The position numbers and the translations under genes are program-made. DNA of 35,967 nucleotides from an uncultured bacterium (GTDB lineage: Bacteria > Hydrothermota > 32-111). How positions within the stretch are numbered: position 1 is the stretch's first letter; every line of letters starts with the position of its first letter. Shown here piece after piece: positions 9,647 to 18,354 of the stretch. Below the pieces are notes generated by a model, which worked only from the letters and a program-made list of their open reading frames with translations, did no database searches and was not told the origin of the DNA. The DNA lies in assembly GCA_965371715.1 (NCBI GenBank), contig CBDUZN010000003.1, forward strand, positions 1 through 35,967. The letters run 5' to 3'.

Positions 9647-11939
9647 AAAACAGTATGTCTTTGCCGGAATAATATTTGTTTTAATAATATTTCTATTATT
9701 GGTTTATCTCATCCCCTTACCAAAGGGGATGAGCAAACCATTATCAAAGGTTATAAGATATAGTAGTGGAAAGGTGATGAGGGTATATCTTTCTTCTGAT
9801 GAGAAATGGAGAATATATCTTCCTATAGATAATACGGATGAATTATTCAGAAAAACTACAATAATGTATGAAGATAAATATTTCTGGCTACATCCCGGAA
9901 TAAATATTGTGGCATTATTAAGGGCTTTATATTTAAATATTAAAGCAGGAAAAATTGTATCCGGTGGCTCTACAATATCAATGCAGCTTGCAAGATTGGT
10001 TGAACCAAAGCCCCGTACAATTAGATCAAAACTTATTGAAATATTTAGAGCAATACAATTTGAATTACGATTAGGAAAAAAAAGGATTTTAGAAACATAT
10101 ATTAACATTGCACCTTATGGAGGAAATGTTGAGGGGGTTGGTGCTGCCTGTTTAGCATATTTTGGCCATTTACCCGAAAACCTGCTGCCTGAGGAGGCGG
10201 CATTTTTGGCATCTATTCCTCAATCACCCGTAATACGAAAACCTGGTAATATTGAAGAGGGTATAAAAGCAAGAGATAAAATTTTGAGAATAATGTATAA
10301 AAAGGGATTGATTACACAAGATGATTATAGAAGAGCAGAAAATGCTCCTGTACCAATGGGTTTTATGTCATTTCCAATGGAATCACAACATGCTGCGGAT
10401 TTTGCAATGCTGCATTATCCTTATGAGAATGATATAACTATTTCAATTGATGAGGATATTCAAAAAAAGGCAGAAAATATTGTGAAATCATATCAGAAAA
10501 GAATTGAATATCTTGGAGCAACCAATATAAGTATGGTAATAATAGAAAACAAAACAGGTAAAGTCAAATCCCTTGTTGGTTCAATAGATTATTATAATAA
10601 TGAAAATGATGGGCAGGTAAGAGGATTCTATGCATATAGATCGCCCGGGTCTGCATTGAAACCATTTTTATATGCCCTTGCTCTTGAAAAAGGTATTATA
10701 TCAACAGAAATGCTGATTGAAGATGCACCCCATTCTTTTGGTTCCTTTTCACCAATAAATTTTTCTGAAAAATGGGATGGATTAATAACTGCTGAAAATG
10801 CTTTATCAAAATCATTAAATATGCCATTTGTAATAATGCTGAAAAAAACGGGCTACAAGGATTTTATGGAAAAAATGTATGCCAGTGGATTAAGAGGACA
10901 AAGGGGATTTGATGATTATGGACTTACGGTTATTACAGGAGGAATGGAAGTAAAATTATTGGATTTAGTAAATCTCTATTCTTGTTTAGCAAATGGAGGT
11001 AAATATAAATCATGGAGTATTTTACAGAATGAATCGATATTTCCCGATACCTTGCTATTCAAATCGGGAGCTGTATTTCTTACATTAAAGGCACTTGCTA
11101 AAAAAAGCAGACCAGATGCTCCCAAAATTGAGAATTTTAATTTTCCCAAAACAAATGTATATTGGAAAACAGGAACATCATGGGAAAGAAGGGATGCATG
11201 GAGCATTGGTTTTCAGAAAAAGTATTCTGTTGGTGTGTGGGTGGGGAATTTCAGCGGTGAAGGAGCTGAGGGTATTGTTGGCGGTATTGCAGCATCTCCC
11301 ATTATGTTTGATATTATAAGAGCAATTGAAACAGAAATGGATAAAGAGGAATTTGACTGGAAATACGATGCTTTAGAGGATATTGAACTTGTAGAATTGT
11401 GTGCATTTTCGGGTTATAAGGCGGGAATGAATTGTGAAGACAAGGAATATGTTTATGTATTAAAAAATGCTAATCCATCCGAAAAATGTCCATTTCACAA
11501 AAAATTTATGATTGAAAAAGAAACGGGCTATAGGGCTTCACCATGGGAGGATTATGAAGATGGAGCAATTGAAGAAAGGGTTTTTGTTATATATCCTCCC
11601 TCAGTACAAAGAGTTATGGGCAATAAAGGAAAAATCCCATCCTTTTCTCCCAAATGTGCTATTTCAATAGAAATGAAATCACTACAAGTAATAAGTCCTA
11701 TTCATAATTCTGTAATTATGATTCCCAGTGGTATTGATAATGCATCCTATGTTATGCTTCAGGCATATACTGCATCTGAAAATGGTGAAATATATTGGTT
11801 TTTGAATGGAAAATATATTGGTCCAACATTATCGGGAGAAATAAAGAAAATAATTGCTCAGCCCGGAGAAATGAAATTTGTTGTTCAGGATGAAACGGGA
11901 GAAAGTAAAAAGATTAATATTACGGCATTTAAGAATTGA
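9630..11939 (+). CDS. pbpC: Penicillin-binding protein 1C
   Basis: Transglycosylase EDKYF, SGGSTISMQLAR; transpeptidase SPGSALKP, SLN, KTGTS; C-terminal YWFLNG domain; ATG 9630 preferred over TTG 9615; canonical pairing with A2M. Confidence 0.93.
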   Translation: MYLKNKKQYVFAGIIFVLIIFLLLVYLIPLPKGMSKPLSKVIRYSSGKVMRVYLSSDEKWRIYLPIDNTDELFRKTTIMYEDKYFWLHPGINIVALLRALYLNIKAGKIVSGGSTISMQLARLVEPKPRTIRSKLIEIFRAIQFELRLGKKRILETYINIAPYGGNVEGVGAACLAYFGHLPENLLPEEAAFLASIPQSPVIRKPGNIEEGIKARDKILRIMYKKGLITQDDYRRAENAPVPMGFMSFPMESQHAADFAMLHYPYENDITISIDEDIQKKAENIVKSYQKRIEYLGATNISMVIIENKTGKVKSLVGSIDYYNNENDGQVRGFYAYRSPGSALKPFLYALALEKGIISTEMLIEDAPHSFGSFSPINFSEKWDGLITAENALSKSLNMPFVIMLKKTGYKDFMEKMYASGLRGQRGFDDYGLTVITGGMEVKLLDLVNLYSCLANGGKYKSWSILQNESIFPDTLLFKSGAVFLTLKALAKKSRPDAPKIENFNFPKTNVYWKTGTSWERRDAWSIGFQKKYSVGVWVGNFSGEGAEGIVGGIAASPIMFDIIRAIETEMDKEEFDWKYDALEDIELVELCAFSGYKAGMNCEDKEYVYVLKNANPSEKCPFHKKFMIEKETGYRASPWEDYEDGAIEERVFVIYPPSVQRVMGNKGKIPSFSPKCAISIEMKSLQVISPIHNSVIMIPSGIDNASYVMLQAYTASENGEIYWFLNGKYIGPTLSGEIKKIIAQPGEMKFVVQDETGESKKINITAFKN

Positions 11940-11986
11940 ATTAATAAACAATTGATATATTATTGAAAAAAGCAAGGAGAAAATAC

Positions 11987-12751
11987 ATGAAATATAAGAA
12001 TGGAAAAAAATATGATGAAAAAATGAATAATATTAATATTGAACTTTGGTATGAAATGGTAGAGCATTATTTAAGAATATATCTTCCAAAGAGTGGGGAA
12101 ATATTGGATGCAGGAGGAGGTACAGGTGAATTTAGTATAAGAACTGCTAATATAAACAAGAATTTGAAAATAGTAAATTGCGATATATCAAAAGAAATGT
12201 TGAAAAGAGCCAAAGAAAAAATAGAAGAAATGAATCTGAAAAAAAGAATTAAAAATAAAATTTGTGATATAACAAATCTGCCATTTGATAATAATCAATT
12301 TGATTATACTATGTGTTTGGGAGATTCTCTTAGTCTTTGTGAGAATGCAGAAAAGGCTTTTAATGAACTTGTAAGGGTAACTAAGCCCTCTGGAAAAGTT
12401 CACTTATCAGTTAATGCCTTTTGGGGCAATTTCTTTGCAATGATTGCCAAAGGACCCAATGAAAAAATTTATTTTGAAGATATGATGAATTATTATAAAA
12501 CTCATATAATTCACCAAAACCATAAATCAATGGAATGTAGAAGTTTTACACTAAAGGAATTAGAAAAAATGGGACGGAAATACAATCTTAAAATAATCAG
12601 GAAATTTGCTACACCAATTTTCTGGGTCTATAGTAAATGGCTGGATGACACGGAAAAATTGAGCACAATAAAGGAATTTCAGTATAAGCATTGTGAAGAT
12701 AAAGAACTAATTAATTTTGGGAATCATATAAATATTATTTATGAAAAATAA
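11987..12751 (+). CDS. Class I SAM-dependent methyltransferase
   Basis: ILDAGGGTG, CDIS, LPFDNNQFD, ELVRVTKPSG; AGGAG RBS before ATG 11987. Confidence 0.88.
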   Translation: MKYKNGKKYDEKMNNINIELWYEMVEHYLRIYLPKSGEILDAGGGTGEFSIRTANINKNLKIVNCDISKEMLKRAKEKIEEMNLKKRIKNKICDITNLPFDNNQFDYTMCLGDSLSLCENAEKAFNELVRVTKPSGKVHLSVNAFWGNFFAMIAKGPNEKIYFEDMMNYYKTHIIHQNHKSMECRSFTLKELEKMGRKYNLKIIRKFATPIFWVYSKWLDDTEKLSTIKEFQYKHCEDKELINFGNHINIIYEK

Positions 12752-12912
12752 GCTATTTACTATTATGAAATCAATAGAATTCAACTGATATATAGGTATA
12801 ATTTAAGAAAATATTGGCAAAGTATCCTTAAAAAACGGAGATAAGACGGAGAATATAGTAACTTATGGCTGAAAACTGATAAGAATGATAGCCCCCGAGT
12901 ATATATTTCTCT

Positions 12913-12973
12913 TTCTGTTCTTGCGAGCAAAGTGCGGCAATCTCCTTAAGGGCACATCACGATGTGCCCCTAC
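12913..12973. repeat. Composite REP-like palindromes
   Basis: TTCTGTTCTTGCGAGCAAAGTGCGGCAATCTCC followed by hairpin GGGCACATC-AC-GATGTGCCC-CTAC (GTAG-type REP read on the minus strand). Confidence 0.7.
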
Positions 12974-12989
12974 TAACAATAATTTGAAC

Positions 12990-13018
12990 TTGACATATAT
13001 TGTAAATATTAATAATAT
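12990..13018 (+). promoter_or_regulatory. sigma70-type promoter
   Basis: TTGACA-N17-TAATAT upstream of GGAGG RBS and ATG 13044. Confidence 0.5.
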
Positions 13019-13043
13019 AATGGAAATAGGATGGAGGTATATT

Positions 13044-14342
13044 ATGAAAATTAAAGTTTTGTTTTTAACAGCAATGATACTATTTGGATTATTATCATTT
13101 TCAAATAATATTGATAGAGATTTACCAATTAACAAATAGGATATAATGAAGGAATTAAATGATACAAAAGCAACAGGGGATTCATTAAATTGCACACTTT
13201 TGGGCAGAGCATTATTTGGCAATTGTCGTGCTGTCTTTATAAAAGATACAATTGCCTATTCCTGTCATGGGAATTCATTATTGATATTCAATATCAAAAA
13301 CCCATCAAATCCAATATTACTTGGTTATTATGATACAGGTAATGATGCATGGGGTGTATTCATAGTTGATTCATATGCTTATGTGGCAGATGGATATGCA
13401 GGATTAAGAATAATCAATGTGTCAGATCCCAGTAATCCGGTAGAAACGGGCTTTTATGATACGGGTGATTATGCACGGGGTGTATTTGTAATGGACTTAT
13501 ATGCTTATGTGGCAGATGATGCAGGAGTAAGAATAATAAATGTATCAGATCCCAGTAATCCAGTAGAAACGGGTTTTTACTATACTGGTGGTGCAAGTGA
13601 TGTATTTGTAGTTGATTCATTTGCTTATGTGGCAGCTGGTGGTGCAGGATTAAGAATAATCAATATATCAGATCCGGCAGCCCCGGTAGAAACGGGCTTT
13701 TATGATACGGGTGATTATGCACGGGGTGTATTTGTAATGGACTTATATGCTTATGTGGCAGATGATGCAGGAGTAAGAATAATAAATGTATCAGATCCCA
13801 GTAATCCAGTAGAAACGGGTTTTTACTATACTGGTGGTGCAAGTGATGTATTTGTAGTTGATTCATTTGCTTATGTGGCAGCTGGTGGTGCAGGATTAAG
13901 AATAATCAATATATCAGATCCGGCAGCCCCGGTAGAAACGGGCTTTTATGATACAGGTGGTTTTGCATGTGGTGTATTTGTAATTGATTCTTATGCTTAT
14001 GTAGCAGATGGTGATGCAGGAGTAAGAATAATCAAGTATCCTATGGGTGGTTCGGGAATAGCAGACAATAAATTACACCAAAATGTTTCAGTTAATAATT
14101 ACAATATTAAATATAATACTACAACAATAGATATGTATTTTGGATTAAAAGCCAGAGGAGAATTAATATTAAATATTTATGATAAGATGGGAAGACAATT
14201 AAACACATTAAATAACAGTATAGTTGAAAGCGGATATACAAAAATTAGCATTAATAAAAGTAATTATCCAGCAGGAGAATATTTTATCAAAGGTAAAATG
14301 GGTAATACAGAAATCAATACAAAGATAATGATAATAAAATAA
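13044..14342 (+). pseudogene. Secreted LVIVD-repeat protein with T9SS/FlgD-like C-terminal domain, interrupted by in-frame TAG at 13137-13139
   Basis: Signal peptide MKIKVLFLTAMILFGLLSFS (RBS GGAGG) is in frame with ORF 13146-14342; repeats YAYVADxxxGLRIINVSDPSNPVETGFYDT; C-terminal IYDKMGRQL...PAGEYFI...KIMIIK. Confidence 0.75.
13437..13954 (+). repeat. Perfect intragenic tandem duplication, period 246 bp
   Basis: 13437-13708 reads identical to 13683-13954 (two LVIVD units, 82 aa). Confidence 0.9.
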
Positions 14343-14359
14343 AATTGGAGAAAAAGAAA

Positions 14360-14596
14360 GGGCGGTAACAAAACGTATTCCTCAAATTATTCGGAATATA
14401 TCCTCGAATTATCGGAATATGCCCTACGAAAGAAAGGAAAATACTGGATACCGTATCAAGTACGGTATGACAGAATATACTTGCAAGTGAGCAAGTAGAT
14501 AAGAAAAAATATGAATACAGATAAGGAGATTACTTCGCTTTGCTCGCAACGACAGAAAACATTGGATTTTCACCACGGTGAACTTTCAGCGACAGA
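14360..14596. repeat. Cluster of REP-like palindromic elements
   Basis: Hairpins ATACCGTA-TCAAG-TACGGTAT, TACTTGC-N6-GCAAGTA and TTCACC-AC-GGTGAA; GGAGATTACTTCGCTTTGCTCGCAACGAC; three units end in GACAGA; tandem TCCTC..ATTAT..CGGAATAT ending in GCCCTAC. Confidence 0.65.
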
Positions 14597-14642
14597 GAAT
14601 ATTGTATGAAATAATCAGTTAATAATATAGGAGATAATTACT

Positions 14643-15155
14643 ATGGAAACTGACCTAAATAAAATCAGGAAATTATCAAAAGAAAAAGAAGATGAGAATT
14701 GGGAATTTCGGTCTTTTTTAAAAGGATGCGATATTTCAAAAAAGAAAATGGATTCAATTGTGCATAAATTATATAAGAAAGTATCATCAGAAATAGATTG
14801 TAAAACTTGTGCTAATTGTTGCAGGGAAATGCAGCCACTTTTAGATCAGGAAGATATTGAAAACTTCTCTAAATATTTAGGTATATCTAATCCTCAATTC
14901 AAAGACAAATATTTGGTTAAGGATGAATATTTAGAAAAATTTGTGTTTATTGAAAAACCATGTCCATTTCTAAAGGATAATTTATGCTCACATTATACTT
15001 GTCGTGCTAAAGATTGTATATCTTATCCACATCTTCATAAAAGTGGATTCATTAATAGATTGATGAATGTAATAGAAAATTGTTCCATTTGCCCAATTGT
15101 ATTTAATGTCTATGAATATCTGAAAGAGGAAATTTGGCATTGTGATGATTTTTAA
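14643..15155 (+). CDS. YkgJ family cysteine-cluster (CxxCxxCC) protein
   Basis: IDCKTCANCCR, KPCPFLKDNLCSHY..R..DCISYP; AGGAG RBS. Confidence 0.88.
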   Translation: METDLNKIRKLSKEKEDENWEFRSFLKGCDISKKKMDSIVHKLYKKVSSEIDCKTCANCCREMQPLLDQEDIENFSKYLGISNPQFKDKYLVKDEYLEKFVFIEKPCPFLKDNLCSHYTCRAKDCISYPHLHKSGFINRLMNVIENCSICPIVFNVYEYLKEEIWHCDDF

Positions 15156-15248
15156 CTGAACTTATTGATCTAACGAATGATTCATTATATTGGTAATGGT
15201 ATTCCCAATAAGTGTGCATAAACGGGGAAACTAAATCCCAAAAAGAGC

Positions 15249-15276
15249 TTGACAAACATAGTTACTATAATACAAT
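15249..15276 (+). promoter_or_regulatory. sigma70-type promoter
   Basis: TTGACA-N16-TACAAT before GGAGG RBS of ATG 15314. Confidence 0.5.
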
Positions 15277-15313
15277 AAATATAAGTTTATAAAACGAAAG
15301 ACCGGAGGTTTTT

Positions 15314-16108
15314 ATGCATTCAATTTCAAAAATCATCATCATGCTTATCATACTTTTATTTTCCATATATTGCTTCTCGCAAACGGGTTCTTTAAAGATA
15401 TTTTCGGAAATTGAAAATATTGAAATTTACTTTGATGATGTTCTACTTGGAAGTAATATAAAGAAAATTGAGTCTGTTTCAGCAGGAAGTCATTATCTGA
15501 AAGTATTTAAAAATGGAGTTATTATTTACGGAGAACTTATAGAAGTGAAGAATAATTTAACATCAACAATTCTGATTAAGAAATCAGAAGAAATGAAAAA
15601 GAAGTATTTTGAAGGGAAATCAGAGGAAATAAAAGAATATAAAAAAGAGGAACTGACCATAGTCATCAGTCCAAATGACTGGAAAATTGTTCAAGGTGGA
15701 ACAGAATTCATAAGCGAGGAGGTTTTTGCTGAACTGACCAATAATAATGAATTGAAGGATAAATTAAAAGAGAAGAACGAAAAAAATGATAATGCATACA
15801 AATCATGGAAAAGAATGTCTAATATTAAGGGATCAATAGGTTTAACAACTTGTCTTTCAAGCTTGATAGTAACTGGTGTTGTATTTACAGACCTATTTTT
15901 TCCGTTTCTTCCTCAGGATATAAGAAGTATAAGTCCAATTACAGGAACAGCAGGCATTGTGATGGGAATTGCCAGTTATGTACTTTTAACAACTATCCCG
16001 GCAAATTATTCGCAGGATACAGCTAATTGTCTGAGTTTGGAAGAGGCCAAAAAGGGTGCAAATGAATATAATGAAAATCTCAAAAAGAGGTTGAATCTGG
16101 AATTCTGA
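15314..16108 (+). CDS. Exported protein with PEGA-like domain and C-terminal hydrophobic hairpin
   Basis: Signal peptide; GSLKIFSE..IEIYFDD..LG...VSAGSHYLKVFKNG is PEGA-like; two hydrophobic helices near the C-terminus. Confidence 0.65.
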   Translation: MHSISKIIIMLIILLFSIYCFSQTGSLKIFSEIENIEIYFDDVLLGSNIKKIESVSAGSHYLKVFKNGVIIYGELIEVKNNLTSTILIKKSEEMKKKYFEGKSEEIKEYKKEELTIVISPNDWKIVQGGTEFISEEVFAELTNNNELKDKLKEKNEKNDNAYKSWKRMSNIKGSIGLTTCLSSLIVTGVVFTDLFFPFLPQDIRSISPITGTAGIVMGIASYVLLTTIPANYSQDTANCLSLEEAKKGANEYNENLKKRLNLEF

Positions 16109-16531
16109 GAGCTGTTTTATTTGCGAATCCACCGCTAATTGAAAATATAGATATAAAAATAAATATTAAGATAATAATAGACATTTCTGAAAACAATCCA
16201 TACGATATAAATAAAATTGAAATTAATATTAATGATACAATTCTAACATTAATACCAATCAATAAATATTTTTTTTATATAATTTATTGCTCAAAAATGG
16301 AACAAATGCCAATTGAGCCAATTTGCCTCCACCAATAAGAATAGCGGTTAAAAATCCTATATGAATAGCATTACCTCAGGCATTTATAAGCATTGCCGGA
16401 ATGATTATATCTTTATCCATAAATTTCTGACACAATGCAAGAAAAATAGCATGCCATAAAAAAGCGTAAAAATTATTTTTTGATTTAGAGAAAGAAATCT
16501 TTTCCGCTGCCGTGCTATTCAGAATCCGCAA
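16080..16531 (-). pseudogene. Truncated MFS transporter remnant
   Basis: Minus strand SKNNFYAFLWHAIFLALCQKFMDKDIIIPAMLINA*GNAIHIGFLTAILIGGGKLAQLAFVPFLSNK, frameshift at the T8 run 16269-16276, then KKYLLIGINVRIVSL...SISGGFAN; TGA at 16376-16378; only ~4 TMs remain. Confidence 0.7.
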
Positions 16532-16552
16532 CTGGTCTCTATTATCTTAGCA

Positions 16553-16966
16553 TTACGATCGAGTCATTATTGTATTGCATTTTGGGCATTTTGATTTGTA
16601 GCAAGGTGTACCTCTTCCATGCTCTACTTTATATCCACATTTGGGACATACACAGTATCCACTTGGTCCACTTCCTGTTCCTCCTCCTCTGCCAGAACCC
16701 ATTCCGCCACCAGAACCTGCACCTCTGCCGGAACCCATTCCTAATGATGAAGAAAAAGTGTTATTGCTATTAGATATATTATTATTAACAGAGGGATTTC
16801 CTCCATCAATAATACAATTTACAGGACATTTGGATGCGGCTTCATGCATACATTTAGCATTTACATCTACTATTATTGCCTTATTCCCTTGCATACTTAT
16901 TCCATCAGGGCAAATATTTGCACAGATACCACAGCCAATACATTTATCCTTGTTAATTCTATACAT
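16553..16966 (-). CDS. 4Fe-4S ferredoxin fused to Gly-rich linker and C-terminal Cys-rich zinc-ribbon-like domain
   Basis: CIGCGICANICP...CPVNCI; GMGSGRG repeats; CVCPKCG...PCYKSKCPKC; AAGGAG RBS. Confidence 0.85.
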   Translation of the reverse strand: MYRINKDKCIGCGICANICPDGISMQGNKAIIVDVNAKCMHEAASKCPVNCIIDGGNPSVNNNISNSNNTFSSSLGMGSGRGAGSGGGMGSGRGGGTGSGPSGYCVCPKCGYKVEHGRGTPCYKSKCPKCNTIMTRS

Positions 16967-17115
16967 AATATCTCCTTTTTTATATGGTTTGTTTAGCCAT
17001 ATTTATATTAATCAACAAAATTAAAGATAATTGAAAATTAATATATTGCAAGTTCACAGTCAAAGATAGAATTTGATTTATAAAAAGAGTACTGTAGTAA
17101 AATAATGAAACCAGA

Positions 17116-17748
17116 TTATTTGATTGCTCTTATTACAATAAATGATCCTTTACCATACCCTTTTTCTACTTGCTCAATTGATTTTATATTGTTCAAATCA
17201 TTGAATATTGTCTGTACAATTGAAAATTCATTAAAACCACATTCTTTTAAATATTTTATCAATTCAAATGTCGAATAAAAAGTAGCATATCTGTAAAATA
17301 AATTATCATTTTTGTATTTGAGATATAATTTACCGATTGGGCTTTTTTTATCAATAAATCCAATAATAATTGAACCACCCTTAATCAATGTTCTGTATAA
17401 TTCTCTTAATACTTTTTGAACATTATCTACAAAACATATTGATGTTACCATTAATTCCATATCAAATTTATTATTATCAAATGGTAGCAATTCCCCAATG
17501 CCTTCTACAATGTTCATGCCCCTTTTCTTTGCGAGAAAAGCCATTTTAGATGAAGGCTCTATGCCAGTTTTGATGCCCAGCGGCTGTCCGAATCTTCCAG
17601 AACCTGCTCCTATCTCCAATCCATTATCAAAAATAGGAATTATACTTTTAATTGCTTCTATTTCAGAAAGGTATACATATTTATTTTCTTCAAACCATTG
17701 TTCATATATATCAGCATGCTCCTCAAATGGTTTTATATTAGCCATCAT
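17116..17748 (-). CDS. Class I SAM-dependent methyltransferase
   Basis: GLEIGAGSGRF, GIEPS, LPFDNNKFD, ELYRTLIKGG; GGAG RBS. Confidence 0.9.
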   Translation of the reverse strand: MMANIKPFEEHADIYEQWFEENKYVYLSEIEAIKSIIPIFDNGLEIGAGSGRFGQPLGIKTGIEPSSKMAFLAKKRGMNIVEGIGELLPFDNNKFDMELMVTSICFVDNVQKVLRELYRTLIKGGSIIIGFIDKKSPIGKLYLKYKNDNLFYRYATFYSTFELIKYLKECGFNEFSIVQTIFNDLNNIKSIEQVEKGYGKGSFIVIRAIK

Positions 17749-17891
17749 TATTCTCCATTATTAATAAATATAACATAAAAATTTAATTAATCAAGATAAG
17801 AAATTGAGTCCATAATTAAAGCAGTAAAACAATACAGTATTTAGAATTGGTAGCGAAATAAAAATAAAAAATGAATTTATTTAAATAGGAG

Positions 17892-17919
17892 AGGGAATAA
17901 ATGCTAAGATTTATTCCCT
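17892..17919. other. Conserved stem-loop, module copy 1
   Basis: AGGGAATAAAT-GCTAAG-ATTTATTCCCT, 11-bp stem. Confidence 0.8.
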
Positions 17920-17971
17920 GTGTAGATATATGTATTAACTAGAGGTTTCTGTTTTAATAACTCTTCCTTAT

Positions 17972-18073
17972 TTAAAAAGAAGCATTATTCATGATTACTG
18001 AACAATAATTTAGAATAAAGAAGGAGAAACCAATTATTAGGATCCCGATAAGAAGCATTCCGAATCTTTTCAT
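17972..18073 (-). CDS. Small hydrophobic peptide, 33 aa (MKRFGMLLIGILIIGFSFFILNYCSVIMNNASF)
   Basis: GGAAGACAAAATG start context; paralog at 22643-22771 is 16/33 identical with synonymous changes. Confidence 0.75.
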   Translation of the reverse strand: MKRFGMLLIGILIIGFSFFILNYCSVIMNNASF

Positions 18074-18106
18074 TTTGTCTTCCGTTTTTTTTGTTTCAGT
18101 AGATAA

Positions 18107-18132
18107 TACGCAATTATGTTTTAAATGTTACA
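18107..18132 (-). promoter_or_regulatory. ECF-sigma-type promoter, copy 1
   Basis: Minus strand TGTAAC-N16-CGTA(TTATC); identical boxes in copy 2. Confidence 0.7.
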
Positions 18133-18295
18133 AATAGGGATAATTGCAGAAATTAATATGGGAAAAAATCTTGCGTATCTCTCATTCGGATATAATTATT
18201 TACTAAATTTGAACAATGAGTGAGAGGGTCTTTGGATCTTTTCCATACAAAGCGGATTTTTCCATTAATGAATTTGTTTCTCGAAAATTCCTAAC

Positions 18296-18323
18296 TTGAT
18301 TTTTATAAATATTCTGATATAAT
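18296..18323 (+). promoter_or_regulatory. sigma70-type promoter with extended -10
   Basis: TTGATT-N16-TATAAT with TGn immediately before the -10. Confidence 0.55.
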
Positions 18324-18354
18324 CTATTCAACATTTTTAATTTTGGAGGTATTA

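Noticed and set aside
12863-13222. ORF 12863-13222(-) and the N-terminal extension 12885-13043(+)
   Set aside because: They run through REP palindromes and a promoter; the supported start is ATG 13044 with GGAGG
13414-13866. Twin His-rich minus-strand ORFs
   Set aside because: Shadows of the duplicated LVIVD repeats
13400-14600. CRISPR array
   Set aside because: The repeats are coding LVIVD units or dissimilar palindromes; no constant repeat with unique spacers and no cas genes
16641-17024. Pro-rich + strand ORF
   Set aside because: Antisense shadow of the Gly-rich ferredoxin fusion
17901-17942. + strand mini-ORF after AGGAGAGGGAATAAATG
   Set aside because: ATG is ACG in copy 2 and lies inside the hairpin; only 13 codons
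18150-18290. Possible minus-strand remnant (NGKIRFVWKRSKDPLTH), faintly peroxiredoxin-like
   Set aside because: Too short, no supported start, similarity not convincing without a search
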